From positions 1,566,422 through 1,630,421 of the forward strand of contig NC_092678.1 in the NCBI RefSeq assembly GCF_964355755.1: 64,000 nucleotides of DNA. Direction: 5' to 3'. The translations under genes were made by a program, and so were the position numbers. Origin of the DNA: Antedon mediterranea. Taxonomy: Eukaryota > Animalia > Echinodermata. The stretch's first letter is position 1, and the number at the start of each line of letters is the position of its first letter. The notes beneath the pieces are model-generated. The model saw only the letters and a program-made list of their open reading frames with translations. It was not told the origin of the DNA and made no database searches. This document shows positions 38,376 through 51,832 of the stretch, one piece after another.

Positions 38376-39679
38376 CAGTCAACTCTCCCAATACCGGACA
38401 CCCTTGGGCGGGCATATATTTTCCGGTTTTTCGAAAGTCCGGTTTCCTGAAAACATTTTTAAAGTCATCACGTTGTCACTGAAAATGCTTTGAATCACCG
38501 GTCCGAATGCTCTGCCCGGTACGATCTCCTAGCGTAGGGAAGGCCTAGGCTATGATTGTATCAATCTAGTTTTAATTAAATAAATACTGATAGGCCTGGC
38601 CTACTTTATTAATATTAAGCTAATTCAATTTACCTTTTTTAAAAGTTACATTATTTACTGTACCAATAAAACATGTTACAATAGTAAATTATTGTTTCTC
38701 AATGTGTTTTTAACGGCAAAAAGGCCTACGTACGTACGTACGGTGAACATAATTTCGGTCTGTTTATTGTTTTTCGTGAGCTAGCTAGCAGCAGCAGCAG
38801 CATGGTGCAGTGTGGTGGGGGTGATAAGGGCTTTGATTGATGCGCATGTGCAGAGGTGTCATAACCAAATAAAAACGCCCACACCTAGACCACATGTTTT
38901 TTAAGCTCCTTTATTTTGACGTAATTTGATAGCAATAAACGAGCCAAGCAATAATGACACAATAATTAATTGGTAACATTTCAAAGTTTATTAACACTAG
39001 TTAAGTCAAGTTCATTCCGTTTACGTTTTGCCATAATGATTTCCAAATTTATAATGATGCACATTTTTAGTGAAACATTCCTTTTTAAAGGCCTATTGCA
39101 ATTGTGAATTTAACAATAATTTAAACAAAACAAAGACACAAAGTGGAATGTAAATTGAACTTTATTAAAAAACAATTCATATGCTAAAAAACAGGGAGTT
39201 GTTAACAACTCCCTGCTAAAAACAATAGATAGCGCTTCGATGTGAAAAAGCCCACCGCAGTTCGATACGCAACAAAGCAATTGCCGCCTCGTGGGTTAAC
39301 AATGAACTGACCTGTCAATCACAGTGTAGTGCTCCATGGCAACATTATTTGATCGTACCGCGAAACGTCGTGCACTTCATGCATGGTCAGGGTATGGTTA
39401 AAAGCTTTTGTACATTGTGAATTGAATCCGAGTCAGCGACGACGACGATGTTGCGTTGTTTTCGTAAATATTTGGAGTTTTTTAACTGTCAGTCCGGTTT
39501 TCAGACGCTAATTTTCGTGTTTTGTACTTCATAATTTGTCCGGATTCCGGAATTGGGTATTCCGGTTTTCATAATAAATTACAGTACATTTAGAATAGGG
39601 ACAAATTGGGCCCTCCAAAAAAGTCCGGTTTTTCGTGAATTCCGGTTTTGGGAGAGTCCGGTATTGGGAGAGTTGACTG
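38376..39679. mobile_element. Non-autonomous Tc1/mariner-superfamily (pogo/Tigger-like) element, 1304 bp, TA TSD
   Basis: Perfect 24-bp TIR CAGTCAACTCTCCCAATACCGGAC with TA on both sides. Multiple subterminal tccgg(t/a)tt motifs, no transposase ORF. Confidence 0.9.
39192..39215. mobile_element. 24-bp perfect palindrome with near-identical 8-bp flanks (hAT-like micro-element)
   Basis: ctaaaaaa|CAGGGAGTTGTTAACAACTCCCTG|ctaaaaac. Confidence 0.5.
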
Positions 39680-41964
39680 TATTACTATACCTTTAAATAC
39701 ACTATATTACATTATATACATCTGAGATTAAACTTTTATTGCCATAATTAGTGCTAGTATATTGATCAGTGGGCAAAAAAACTATTTTCTATAAAATCTC
39801 TAACCATTTGAGCATTTGTAGAATGACTTTTTGACATGACAATTGAATAGTCATATGGTGAAAACAAAATTTATTCTGCATGGTTTTATATCTTTGTTGC
39901 GAAAACTGAATGAAAGTTAGACATTTTATGGTGTACTGGGTGGTTGATTTGACCTTAATTATGTTTTATACATTGATGCAAAATAATTGTTTTTGTTTTC
40001 TATGTAATTTCGGAAGCAATTATGGACCTTTTCAAAGTAGGTCCTACTTGAGAACCCTGTAATGAGTAGTGGTTGGTGTAGCATTGTCTGTCAGTCTCTT
40101 AAACTGACAACTATATTATATTTTCCTTTATAAAAAACCTATACACTGTCGCTATTCATATGCGATATTTCTGATCGTTAACAAGCAATAGCATTATTTT
40201 GTAGTAATTATAAGCATAGAATTACCATAATAAGGCTGTGACCTCTGTATAAACTAAATCAGTAATCCATCTCACAATCAGCAGTCTTTATTCCCAACTG
40301 ATAAACTGAGGCTAGTCTTAATTCCAATCTGTAATTAACCAATTTTGTTCATTAACATTTTTCATTAGCATAGAGTAATCAATATTCAAAAAAACAGTGC
40401 AGCTGATAAATCCATTTCCGACTGAGCGTGCTTTATTACTCATTTCCAGAATTCAAGGGTTAATTACTCTCATTTTTTTGTAATAAACTTTAATATATTC
40501 AAACAAGTCATTGAAAATCGTTCTTAAATTTATGTTTTAAACATGTTTTTTTTTGTTCTATAAGTTAAATTCTGAATATCATTTTTGATGTAATTACTAT
40601 GATTTAGATATGTTCTTGTTTGCATAATGTTTGAAATTAATATTTTTAATTAACTTCTTTTTACAAATGCAACTCTCCCAAATATCGTATCTTAGATGTG
40701 TTTTAATTGGGTTGGTAAACGTTATTTGAAAAAGCCAACATATTCTGAATACATGTGTAAAGTTTCTTTACAATCCATCATCTATTTATTCAAAGTCTTT
40801 TGAGTACCATGATTTGTTAACCACTACTGTATATCTCACTTCTACCTCTATCTCTCTTCTGTGGATTACATCATTTACAGGATTCTGAACATCATTAATT
40901 TCTATGGAAATTTGGCCAAATTAGCGAAAATGGAGATATATTCTACAGAATGAACTACACAAAATATTATTTGCTGAAATTATGGGTAAGTCTATTATGG
41001 TCAAATCAACAGCTCACACAACCTCAAAAGTCCTGTGTCTGGGTTTGTAAAGTGTAAACAAATGTTGTGTGTTTTCAAGACTACTGAAGTGAAATTAATT
41101 ACATACAGCAAATGAAGAACTCTGCTTTTGGAAAGTTGATATATAAACCCTTGCTTTTGCACATTTTTACATAATTATACTACAGACTTTCAATAGGCAA
41201 TGTGACTATGGGTAGATATATGTTAGTGTATAACGTTTGTATTTAAACAAACCCAAACAGATTTTAAATAGGCATAAATTCACATTCTGTATGCACAGAC
41301 AGAATGCTTCATGCTTGACTGGCTCGTTGGAATTACTACTCAATAGCTTGCTCTACTTCCTAAGCCCAAGTTCAAGGCTAGGCCATATAGCATATGTGTG
41401 TGAAAGGCCATTGATGTGGCAATAGTTATACCGCCATCCTGCATCCATTTCAGCAGATTTCATCATTTTTTGGTCCACTTTAATTAGGCCACTTTTCTTA
41501 ATCCCACATCATCCAACACTTTTTCTAAACCCCTAACATTTATTTGAAATTTTATGTTAAAAAATTAAACAAATGTATACCAAATATAAATGAATTTTGA
41601 AGAATGGTCATTTCTATCTTCTTTGTCACTTTGTGTCTGGCGTATTTAGTAACATCTGTTCAAGTTTATTTATAGCATCAGCGATTATGTTGTATAGAAT
41701 TTGTGTTTACAATTTTGATATTGTTTGTTTGTTATTATGTTGATGGGAACTTTTTATTTCATCATAAGTGACATTTCTTTGAAGTAAACATGTCATAAAT
41801 GATAATTATTATCTTACAAACAGAGTAACAAACAGTCAATATACTTTATTGTAATGTGATTGACTACTGGAACTTTTTTTTTTTTAAAGAATTTATCAAC
41901 TGTACAAAGATACAGATTTTGGACCATAAAGAATATACTATTATATACCATGATAAAGATTTTG

Positions 41965-42032
41965 TACCTTGGTGCTGGTTTTATACCTTGGTGCTGGTTT
42001 TATACCTTGGTGCTGGTTTTATACCATGGTGC
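41965..42032. repeat. 19-bp tandem repeat (taccttggtgctggtttta), about 3.5 copies
   Basis: Direct inspection. Confidence 0.9.
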
Positions 42033-44449
42033 AGATGTTTTGGTAGAGCTAGTGCTCCCAACATTCTTTTCCCATCTCAATTGCCGCCTTAAGTTTTCTC
42101 TTAGCTCACATTTTTTCAAATTGTATTTTTCAAATGTCAACTTGCTTTTTTGAACTCTGCAAAAACTGTCTTAATAACGAACAATGTAAATATGTTTGCC
42201 ATCATGCAACAATTGACTTGTTCACTAATTAAGCCAGTGTTAGATTTAAACAAAAGAGTTTATGTTACAAAACGTCTCAGCCACGCGCCTGTGTGTGTCT
42301 TATAATTATTTCGCCGACAGGAGGTTGATTATATAACCACTTTTATATAGCAATTACTTCTGCTGTTACTGACTGTGATAGGGCAAGCTCATTAATCGGC
42401 TGGTGTGCAATAAATAATGAAAGAAATCAAAGACCTAATTAAATCTGCTTAAAGGCGCTTGGCAGAACAAAAGGCCCTCGTTATTCCCGCCCAACCGAGA
42501 GCCAAACAATCATGCTCTGGCGAACAGCATGTACCTTGCTTTGTAATGCGAGATCTTGTATCGGTAACGTTTTGAATACAGTCCTACCAGGAGATGTCTA
42601 GCTCCACCGCCTGCTGAGAATTGACCATCTAGGCCAACCACTCTAAGAAAAGCGGTAAAACTTTTCAAATTTTGTCTGGAACTTAATCATCGCAGCAGCA
42701 TATCTGACCATAAGACCACCAGTACACAGTAACTCTAATTCTCACGTTAATAAATTGGAACATTTTTTGTGCAAAATGAACTTGTCCGATAAGGTGTTAG
42801 ATTTCGTACAGTCATACCTGTTTGTGTCAAGATAATTATAATATCATGAACTGAGTGATGAAATAGTATTCAGTAGAAAGTTGTGTGGGTGGTACCATTA
42901 TGTTTCTAAATTCTTATATTAACATACAGTAATTCTGTTTATACATAGAGGTATAAAATATTGTTGAATAAGTTAAAAATGCATGTTGTGAGTTGAAAAT
43001 GTGAATTTAGAGTTGGAAAATGTGAGTTGAGAATTTAGAAATGAGTTGCAAAATAGGGATGCTACAAAATGAAAAAGTTAAAATTGTAAATGGTTTTTTT
43101 TTATTTTTTTTTCTCTTTCATGGGTGTCACCCACATTTATTCATTCCTTTTACAAATATATATTATATAACATACATACATTTTTATAAAAATAAAGAAC
43201 AATAAAATGCAATATAACAGCTAAAAAGGCACTATATCTATACATGTACATAAAATCGATGGAGTAAAAGTATGCTTTAAAAACGTACATTTTATGTTTA
43301 TTGCAAGTTATAGTAAAAGTACAACTATTTATCATTTAAATTTACTTTATATTAAGGAATGTATTAAAAAGTAGCTGTTTCTTTTATTATATCTTAAATC
43401 AGTACTCACAATTTGTTTCTTTATTTCTTTTGACCTTATATTACATCCGTTACAAATATATACACACATACACACATTAATATACCTATTTACATTTACG
43501 AATCAGTTTAATCTAGTTATTATAAACACATTATATGCTACTTTTTATGTTTTGGCCTTGTATAACATTTGTTTCATTCCACTATTTCTATTCCTTTAAA
43601 GTTCTTTTCTTACTATGTTGGCCCTTTACATTTACCAGTTTGTTTACTTATATGTTTGACCGTGTGTTTCAGTCTATGTTTTACCCTAATACATTTATTT
43701 CTATCATGTATTAGTTTTAGTTGTTGTAAATGTTGATAACATTCACAGATGCCATACTGATAATATTTTAACATTGATAAATATTACAACACTTTACATT
43801 ACATGTTTTTATGAGAAATACATAAACATATTTCCAAATATTGTCATGTCATTATGATAATATCATAAACAATGTGACCTTTATAAAGGACATTTCCTTG
43901 AAGAAACATTACCACTAAACATTAAGTGAAAATAAAACGTGACTTTCTTGGTATAATTCACCGAACATAAAGACCATAGAAACTGGAATTCTTAGACAAG
44001 ATCAAATGGAATGTTAGGAATTCATAAAATCCAGCAGGGTGCTTCCACTGAACCTTTAATAATCTTTCTGTTTACAAGTTATGTTTCGTTGTGTAAGACT
44101 TCATAGAATTGTTGTAGACGTACGCCAATATACTGCTATGCCAAGATATTAATTGCTAGGCGGCTAAAATGTAATTGGTTTTTTATGGCATTATTCTGGG
44201 AAAAGATGGGCGACGTTGGTTCCTTTCTTCTTTTATTGCCAATAAAAAGAATAGAAAGATAGATTATCGGTATTAATAGGACATTTCCTTTTGTTGATGG
44301 CTTGAATGTTTGTCTTTCTATTTCCTATGCACATCTTTCTCTAGCTGGATCACAAAATAGGCTATGATACCTTAAACTTGAAATCTTGTGATTGGGCTTG
44401 TATTGAGGTTTTGATCATGAGAAAGATCTTGGTGCTGTGATGAAGATAT

Positions 44450-44510
44450 GATTTGAGCCCAGGACCCTGGGACTTGTAAGCAAGCATACAAACATGATTC
44501 AGTGCCACTA
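44450..44510 (-). mobile_element. tRNA-derived SINE head fragment
   Basis: Reverse complement tagtggcact...tgcttgctt...ggtcctgggctcaaatc resembles the 24687 head. Confidence 0.4.
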
Positions 44511-45460
44511 ATTTATTATAGTAAATGTCAGATTAAAACAGATAAATCTATGATATAGGATACAATGTGGAAGTGGGGTTAGTGTAGCGTTCTAGTCCAA
44601 TTTCCTTTTCACACCTTATCAAATATATCAATATTGATGAGAAAACATGGCTCTAAAAAACATACACCAGAAGAACCTTTCCTTTGGTACACCCTTATTC
44701 AAGGATTCCCTTTAAATGTGGCCACTACTTCCTATAAAACAAACCTGAGGTAATAACACTACAGCCACATGATATCATGTTGATACCAAGAAATTAATTG
44801 TTAGGATTCATGGAACCATTGATAAAAAAGTAATTCAGTTTTTAGAAATCACCACGTGAAAAAGGATCATTTACCTATTAGGCTCTATTAATTCAAAATA
44901 ATGAATTTCTAAAAATGTAGACTTATAATTCAAGTGAAAATGTATTAGTCTCAATGAGTAGATAATGTGTTATTATAATAAGTCAAAGATGCTCTCCCAG
45001 GTGGAATACCATTCTGAGATGAGAGTGTGTCATATTGTACCTTGTCACTCATACTTTTGTTTTTGTAATTATGTTATTTTCTATGGAATATAAGATTGAA
45101 TGAATAAAAACACAGTTTTTATATTTGATTGTTAAATTCATTTTAACATCTCAGTACTTGCCTTATCTGAGACCTGTTATACCACTTAGTTCAACTACAG
45201 GTCAGCAATATGTAGTTCACACAGTACAAACTAATTTTTTCTTCCATTTTTTAACTGATCTGACTAATGGTTTGGATTAAATGTACAGGTACATTGTACT
45301 TTAAGTTCAGGTTGTTTTTTTTTACTTCTTTGTTCTGTATTAAATATGCTAAGATAGGCAAGATTTATTTGTAATCATGTAAAATACATCACATAGTTAA
45401 TTTCAAAGTTACTAAATTATACTTTGTATAAAGTATAGATTGATACAATAGAATCCTTGC

Positions 45461-45620
45461 TATATTGAGGAGATGCCTCTATTAAGGGAACACGTTCAAC
45501 ATTATGGTCAACAGTATATTGAGGAGATGCCTCTATTAAGGGAACACGTTCAACATTATGGTCAACAGTATATTGAGGAGATGCCTCTATTAAGGGAACA
45601 CGTTCAACATTATGGTCAAC
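45461..45620. repeat. 54-bp tandem repeat, 3 copies, inside a MITE family B copy (about 45446-45725)
   Basis: tatattgaggagatgcctctattaagggaacacg at 45461, 45515 and 45569, followed by gccaacctctattcaggggacac. Confidence 0.9.
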
Positions 45621-46002
45621 TCCTATACAAAAGACACTTCTATTAAAGAGACACTTTCATGTGAATCAAATGAAAAGAAATATGTTTTAAGACTATGGCC
45701 AACCTCTATTCAGGGGACACTTTCTTGTGAAATACTTCCGCTAATCATTCCTAATTCAGACCTGGGAGTCCTAGCATTTATGGTAACTGATTGAGGGCAC
45801 ATTATTTTCTCTTCAACATCCCTGTGGTATAAATGTAGCAACTGTGTGAGAAGGTTCTGTTAAACAGGATATTTTGAAATGGACTACACATGTTTTCTAT
45901 GTCATGGTTAGTTTGCATTTTGGTTTGTCATTATTATAATTATGCCCACAAAGACCAAAGTATAACAATTTTAAATGAGATTGTTAATTTTATTATGACT
46001 TT

Positions 46003-46088
46003 AGCTCTGCCTACACTATCAAACTAGTTTTTAAAAAGTGTGATGTGCCAAAATATGGTACTGATAATATATGCCCAAATATGGTAGA
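46003..46088. mobile_element. MITE family A copy, truncated
   Basis: agctctgcctacactatcaaactagttt...gtgtgatgtgccaaaatatggta. Confidence 0.75.
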
Positions 46089-47881
46089 CTTTGAAGTTTT
46101 CCTAAGCAATGTGAAAGAAGTAAGATATAGTAACATACAGAGTTATTTGTATTTTATATATAAAACATCAGTCATTTTTAATAAACATTCTACATCGTGC
46201 ATTTCTATCCTAACAAACTATTCAAAACTTTCTATTATTGAAAGGTTGAAGAAAATCATGTCCATTCTATAGTCGCCACAGATTGACATCTTCATCAGTA
46301 CTTCTATGAATGCATGATTAGTTGGGAACATGAACGCTAGTTGATCATACCCAGTACGTTTTGATTGTGCGATCATTCGAAAAAAACCTCACGACGATAT
46401 AGTAGATAGATTGGCTAAATCATTGAATTAAACTGATATAATTCTGTTCATTTTAACTTTCCAAACTTAAATCTATTGAATCCATAAGAATCCATCAAGT
46501 GGAGCACATTTCTACAAACAGTGCAGAACTTATTGGTAGGTGCTAGAAATCTAGTAATCCACAGTTTTTTGATCTGGGAATAAATTTGTCCAATTAACTT
46601 AATTCAAACTCATCGTATCGGAATGTGGGTATCTTTTGGTTTGTTTTAATAATTTGTTGGTATGTCATATATTGTAGTGAAAATACATAAAAAATTGTAA
46701 TGAACACAATGAAATATTCTTTGTAAACAGCAGGACCTATGTCTGGGAACTTGGTTTTGCAAAGGTAGGAAATGAAGGCGGTCTAATTTGATGAAATGCT
46801 TGAGTAAGTGGTACCCACAGAGACCCTGTTGTTTGCTAAATTGGTCCACAATGGTTTCACGGTGTTTAAGTAGTTCAGTAACCAGTGTCTCATGATCTTA
46901 CTGTGACCTAAGTTCAGACCATGCGGCTTGAACACAGCTTCAAATCATTGGCGAATCTCTTCCAAATCTAGAACACAGAAAGTTTATTGTGGATGGTCTT
47001 GTTTCTCCCAAACATGCTAAGATATGTTGTTTCGTACAAATGTTAGGCTGCACATAAATACTGTTGCATCTCAAATGTGCATTACTGTTATGAGAACAAG
47101 ATTCTCTATGTCGTAGGAAGTTTAAACAGGTGCGAAATGATGTAGTCTTAGCCAGTTAAGTGGGCTTTCCTAGGGTGGAACCACCTTGCCAACTACTAGG
47201 GTCCAGGGGTAGAGTGCTATACTGGTGGTCTAACAATTTCATTAAGAAAGGATACTGTATATTATTGTCATAGAATATTAATACAGTTTAAGCTCAGCTT
47301 TCTGCCCTAAAGGAAGTTTCATTTCTGATTAATTCACAAATGCTGGTGTAGCCTGGGGTCTAACAGTATGATAGTGGTGGTCGGTAGATTTGATTTTAAA
47401 CTTTTAATAGTATATTAAATTTTTAGTTTACATTGCCTGTAGGTATATAGTCTGAGATGTAATTAAGTTTTTTCCTACAGTAGTATAACCAGTGTGTCTT
47501 TTAAAATCTACTGTTAAAAGTAATTTTCCATAAAACACACCTTAATTTTAAATTATTACAACACACAGTAACACACCTATTAGTATTACAAGAAAACCTT
47601 GAGATCCCAACAAAGTACCATATCCCCAAAACAAAGGAGGGTTATCCCAAAGAAGTGGTTCTACTATATTATGAAACAATTGTGTGTTAAAACATTCTCT
47701 AACAGTACACAAATAATGTTAATTAACTATATTGCTTTTCTCTCTATAAAAACACAAATAATGTAGTAATTGTATTCAAATACGTATAAAACACATATTA
47801 TAAGTGCTTTTCTCTATATAACAACATATAAATAATGTTACTAACTATATAAGTATAAAACACATTATACATTATTGCTAC

Positions 47882-48525
47882 ATAACACATAAATAATGTT
47901 ACTATATAAGTATATAACACATTGCCTTAATTATAACACATAAATAATGTTACTATATAAGTATATAACACATTGCCTTAATTATAACACATAAATAATG
48001 TTACTATATAAGTATATAACACATTGCCTTAATTATAACACATAAATAATGTTACTATATAAGTATATAACACATTGCCTTAATTATAACACATAAATAA
48101 TGTTACTATATAAGTATATAACACATTGCCTTAATTATAACACATAAATAATGTTACTATATAAGTATAACACATTGCCTTAATTATAACACATAAATAA
48201 TGTTACTATATAAGTATATAACACATTGCCTTAATTATAACACATAAATAATGTTACTATATAAGTATATAACACATTGCCTTAATTATAACACATAAAT
48301 AATGTTACTATATAAGTATATAACACATTGCCTTAATTATAACACATAAATAATGTTACTATATAAGTATATAACACATTGCCTTAATTATAACACATAA
48401 ATAATGTTTCTTAACTATTATAACACATAAATAATGTTACTATATAAGTATATAACACATTGCCTTAATTATAACACATAAATAATGTTTCTTAACTATT
48501 ATAACACATAAATAATGTTACTAAA
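47882..48525. repeat. AT-rich 51-bp minisatellite, about 12 copies with degenerate flanks
   Basis: Unit ataacacataaataatgttactatataagtatataacacattgccttaatt. Related degenerate copies span about 47700-48650. Confidence 0.95.
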
Positions 48526-49039
48526 TATAGTATATAACGCATTATACATTATGGCTTTTCTCTCTATAACACATAAATAATACTACTACTCTATTCATAT
48601 AAGTATAAAATGCATTACATATATTGCTTTTCTCTCTATAAATAAATATAAAAACACAATAAAATGCTCTTTAGACTAGAAATATCACCTGAAGGACAAA
48701 CCCATCAATTGGCAGTACTTATTACTTTACATTATTATAATTTACATCACTAAATAGGCTTAAACTTGTCATCACGTTATCGTTAAAACTCAATTTCATT
48801 TCGGACAAGCGTGGCAGGTAAATTGTCATTTTACAGGCCTGTCACATTACGAGTGCAGTTACAACATTTTCTTTTTGATGAGTTATTAATCTCCTCATTG
48901 AATTTATTGTTTATATAGTTTCTTTAGCTGTTATATATTGCTAGTCAGTATAAATGACTATATCCCAAGGATGTCTGTTTCAACATATAGCGCTTTTGAC
49001 TTTGTTTCCTATTATTTCATTAGATTTCTAATACTTTCA

Positions 49040-49165
49040 AACTCTTCTATTGGGACACCTCTATTCAGGGAACACTTCCATAAAGACGATATTTCCTGAA
49101 AAATAAACGAGAGAAAATGTATGTTTTAAGAACTGCCAACTGCCCTATTCAAAGAACATATTTAT
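49040..49165. mobile_element. Degenerate MITE family B copy
   Basis: ttgggacacctctattcagggaacac ... gccaactgccctattcaaagaaca. Confidence 0.5.
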
Positions 49166-49939
49166 TTTTGTTCTAAAAATGCTCAAAATATAAGAAAATG
49201 GATAATTAAAGCAAATAACAATATAATCTTTCTTTATCATTTTGATTTAGATTTTTGCTTATTGTTATTTGTATCTTCATTGAGTAATTTGCCTTTATGT
49301 TTTATGAATAACCTTATTTATAAAGAGCATGCCTCACATTGCATTATGTAACATATGATACTGTATTAAGGAATTTGCCTATGATACTAGAAAAATAATG
49401 CCATATGTAGAGATACAGTACAGAGAATCGGGTGCGATTTTTACAATGTTACTAATTGTTTATTTAAAAGTTATATTTGATAATTTGTTTTCTAAATAGG
49501 TTAATCGTTGAACACCATTGCGGGTGAACTAATTTGTCATACAGTGTTGGCTGTTACTGAAGTTCAAGCCAAGTTCTCACTCGGTAAGTGGTGCCACTTT
49601 TCGTGACTTTAAATTGCTTTATAATCTCACCGACTCTGTGGGTCACCTCCCCCTTCTGAGCTTTTTAATTTGCTTAGTTGATACCAAAGACTCTATTGGT
49701 AATTTAGTAATTAATTAGGTACAATAACCTATTTAACTTAAGGCTTATTAATTACAATATCACGATTGTATTATGAGACAAGTGTTGTAATATCCTAATT
49801 ACATATAAATTCAAACTACTTTTTTGAAAAATGTCTGATTCAAAGTTCAATTAATTTGGTGTCACTATACTGATGCTCTTTGTCAGAAGTACTTAAATGT
49901 AGTGTACCCTTGTTCAATTATTAAATCACACTCTTATGA

Positions 49940-50358
49940 CCCTCTCTTCTTGCCCTCTCTTCTTGCCCTCTCTTCTTGCCCTCTCTTCTTGCCCTCTCTT
50001 CTTGCCACTTCTACCCTGTTCCTCTGCTCCTCTCTTTTTGTCCTGCCTCTTTTCTCTCATTCCTCTCTTTTCTTTTTTGCTCTTTCCCCTACACTTCTCT
50101 TCTCCTCTTTTTTCCTTTCCTCCTTCTTCTTGTCCCTTTCTTCTCTCCTGTTCCTCTTTTTTCTCCTGCCCTCCCCTCCCCTCTTCTTGTTTCTCTCTTT
50201 TCTCTTGCCCTCTCCTCTTCTTCTCCTTGTTCCTCTCTTCTCCCTGCTCCTCTCTTTTCTCTCATCTCTGTATTTTATTCTTCTCTCCCTTCTCTTTTAT
50301 TACTTGCCCGTCTCCCTTTCCCCTCTATTCTCCCTTTCCATCTCTTTCCTCTCCTTCT
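49940..50358. repeat. ~420-bp polypyrimidine low-complexity tract beginning with a 13-bp repeat (ccctctcttcttg) x5
   Basis: Almost exclusively C/T on the + strand. Explains the three overlapping L/S/F/P-rich ORFs. Confidence 0.95.
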
Positions 50359-50554
50359 AAATTCATGCTCTTCATTAAGCTCTTTCGTAGGTGGTAATCC
50401 AACTAATATTCCAGTTTTTTTTCCAGAAATATCTACTGTATTTATTTAATGTTTTAATTAGAGTACAAAAACAAACATTGTTTTATTATTAGTAGAAACT
50501 TTACCAGTTCACATGTTTTCACTAACGTCTGTAACAATACAGATGGTATAAGTC

Positions 50555-50665
50555 AACCAATTACACGGCCACGTGTTTAAGAGTTGAATAGTTCACGAAA
50601 TCTGTAACAACCAATCAGGGTCTTCGTTAGTTATAGCGTCTGTGCTTATTGGTAAAAACCAATCA
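50555..50665. promoter_or_regulatory. Candidate promoter/enhancer: CCAAT-box cluster plus E-box
   Basis: CCAAT at 50557, 50611 and 50659, ATTGG at 50648, CACGTG at 50570. Confidence 0.3.
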
Positions 50666-51734
50666 CAAGCTGTGTTTGTTTAATAGAGCACATATTAATT
50701 AGTAAGAATAATTATATTTTTGTATGTCACCCAAGCTTATATTCACACACAGTTTTAGAGTATTCGAGTTTTGAACAAAGTACGTAGGATATTGAGTTAA
50801 GCGGAGGGGTTCATTATGTGTTTAAATAGATTTTAGCTTGGTACTTTTAACTTCATAATAAGGTTGTAGTTAGTAGCCTACATAGGCATGTGTAAAAGGA
50901 GCCAACCTAGCATCACCCTCCCAATCGTTCGGTTAAGTTGGTACTTGAGCAAGAGGCCCCTACTTTAAAATCCTATATCTTCGACTGTGTCAGCTGCCTC
51001 ACCCATTTACGCATATATCACTACTACATTGTTGGACCTTGAAATGGCTAAATGTATTCTTCAGTTATACATTTTCCATACACATTTTTCAATTATTTTT
51101 ATCAGTTTTAGCTGGATCCTTATTTAAGTAATTGCATACTACCGTATTTAGACTTCGTATTCATTAAAATATATTGTATCTATGAAGAATTATGTGACAT
51201 GACGTATATTGTAATTAGTGAGGTATTTCGTTTAGATACGTCATTGTACAAAGTATTATGATTGCACTGTCAACCTTTGCTGGCAGCTAGTAAAAAGTGT
51301 GTGTACTTTCTTAATCATTTAAATAATGTCCACCAGTTATACTCTCGTTAACCCTAAAGGTACAAAAAGCTATTTGGATCATGATTAAAAACTCTTAAAT
51401 CCTTACAAACAAATTACTAGACTAATACCTATTATTGCACAATCTTTTATGCCTGATTTTACAATGTGCAATTAGGATTTTTTTTCTTTTTCTGATGACA
51501 AATATTGACGCAAAGCCTACGTAATGTCAATGCATCATACTCATTAAAGAGCACCTTTACAATTAATAGGAGATTGAGATGAATTCTAGAAAGGTTTGGC
51601 TGCAAAATACGGCTGTTTTCCTGACACTTTCTTGTTTTTAAATAAAGAAAATATTTTTATTGTTGAACATATTCAAATTTGTTTTAGAAGAACCTTCAAA
51701 TAGAATTTAGATATAAGAACTTTATTCATTCATG

Positions 51735-51832
51735 AAACACCCTTATTAAGGGGACACTTTGTTGGTCCTGAAGGTGTCCTTTTAACAGGGAGTTGTTATT
51801 AGAAATCCCTGCCTTTAATAGGATCTCTACTG
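51735..51832. mobile_element. MITE family B right-hand fragment carrying a single-copy ancestor of the 59-bp unit
   Basis: acacccttattaaggggacactttgttggtcctgaaggtgtcc ... aataggatctctactg. Confidence 0.6.

Noticed and set aside
44134-44155. tgctatgccaagatatt, resembling miR-31-3p
   Set aside because: No complementary 5p arm or hairpin nearby, so probably a chance match.
49902-50449. Three hydrophobic 150-aa ORFs as membrane proteins
   Set aside because: All three frames are open only because a C/T tract lacks stop codons.
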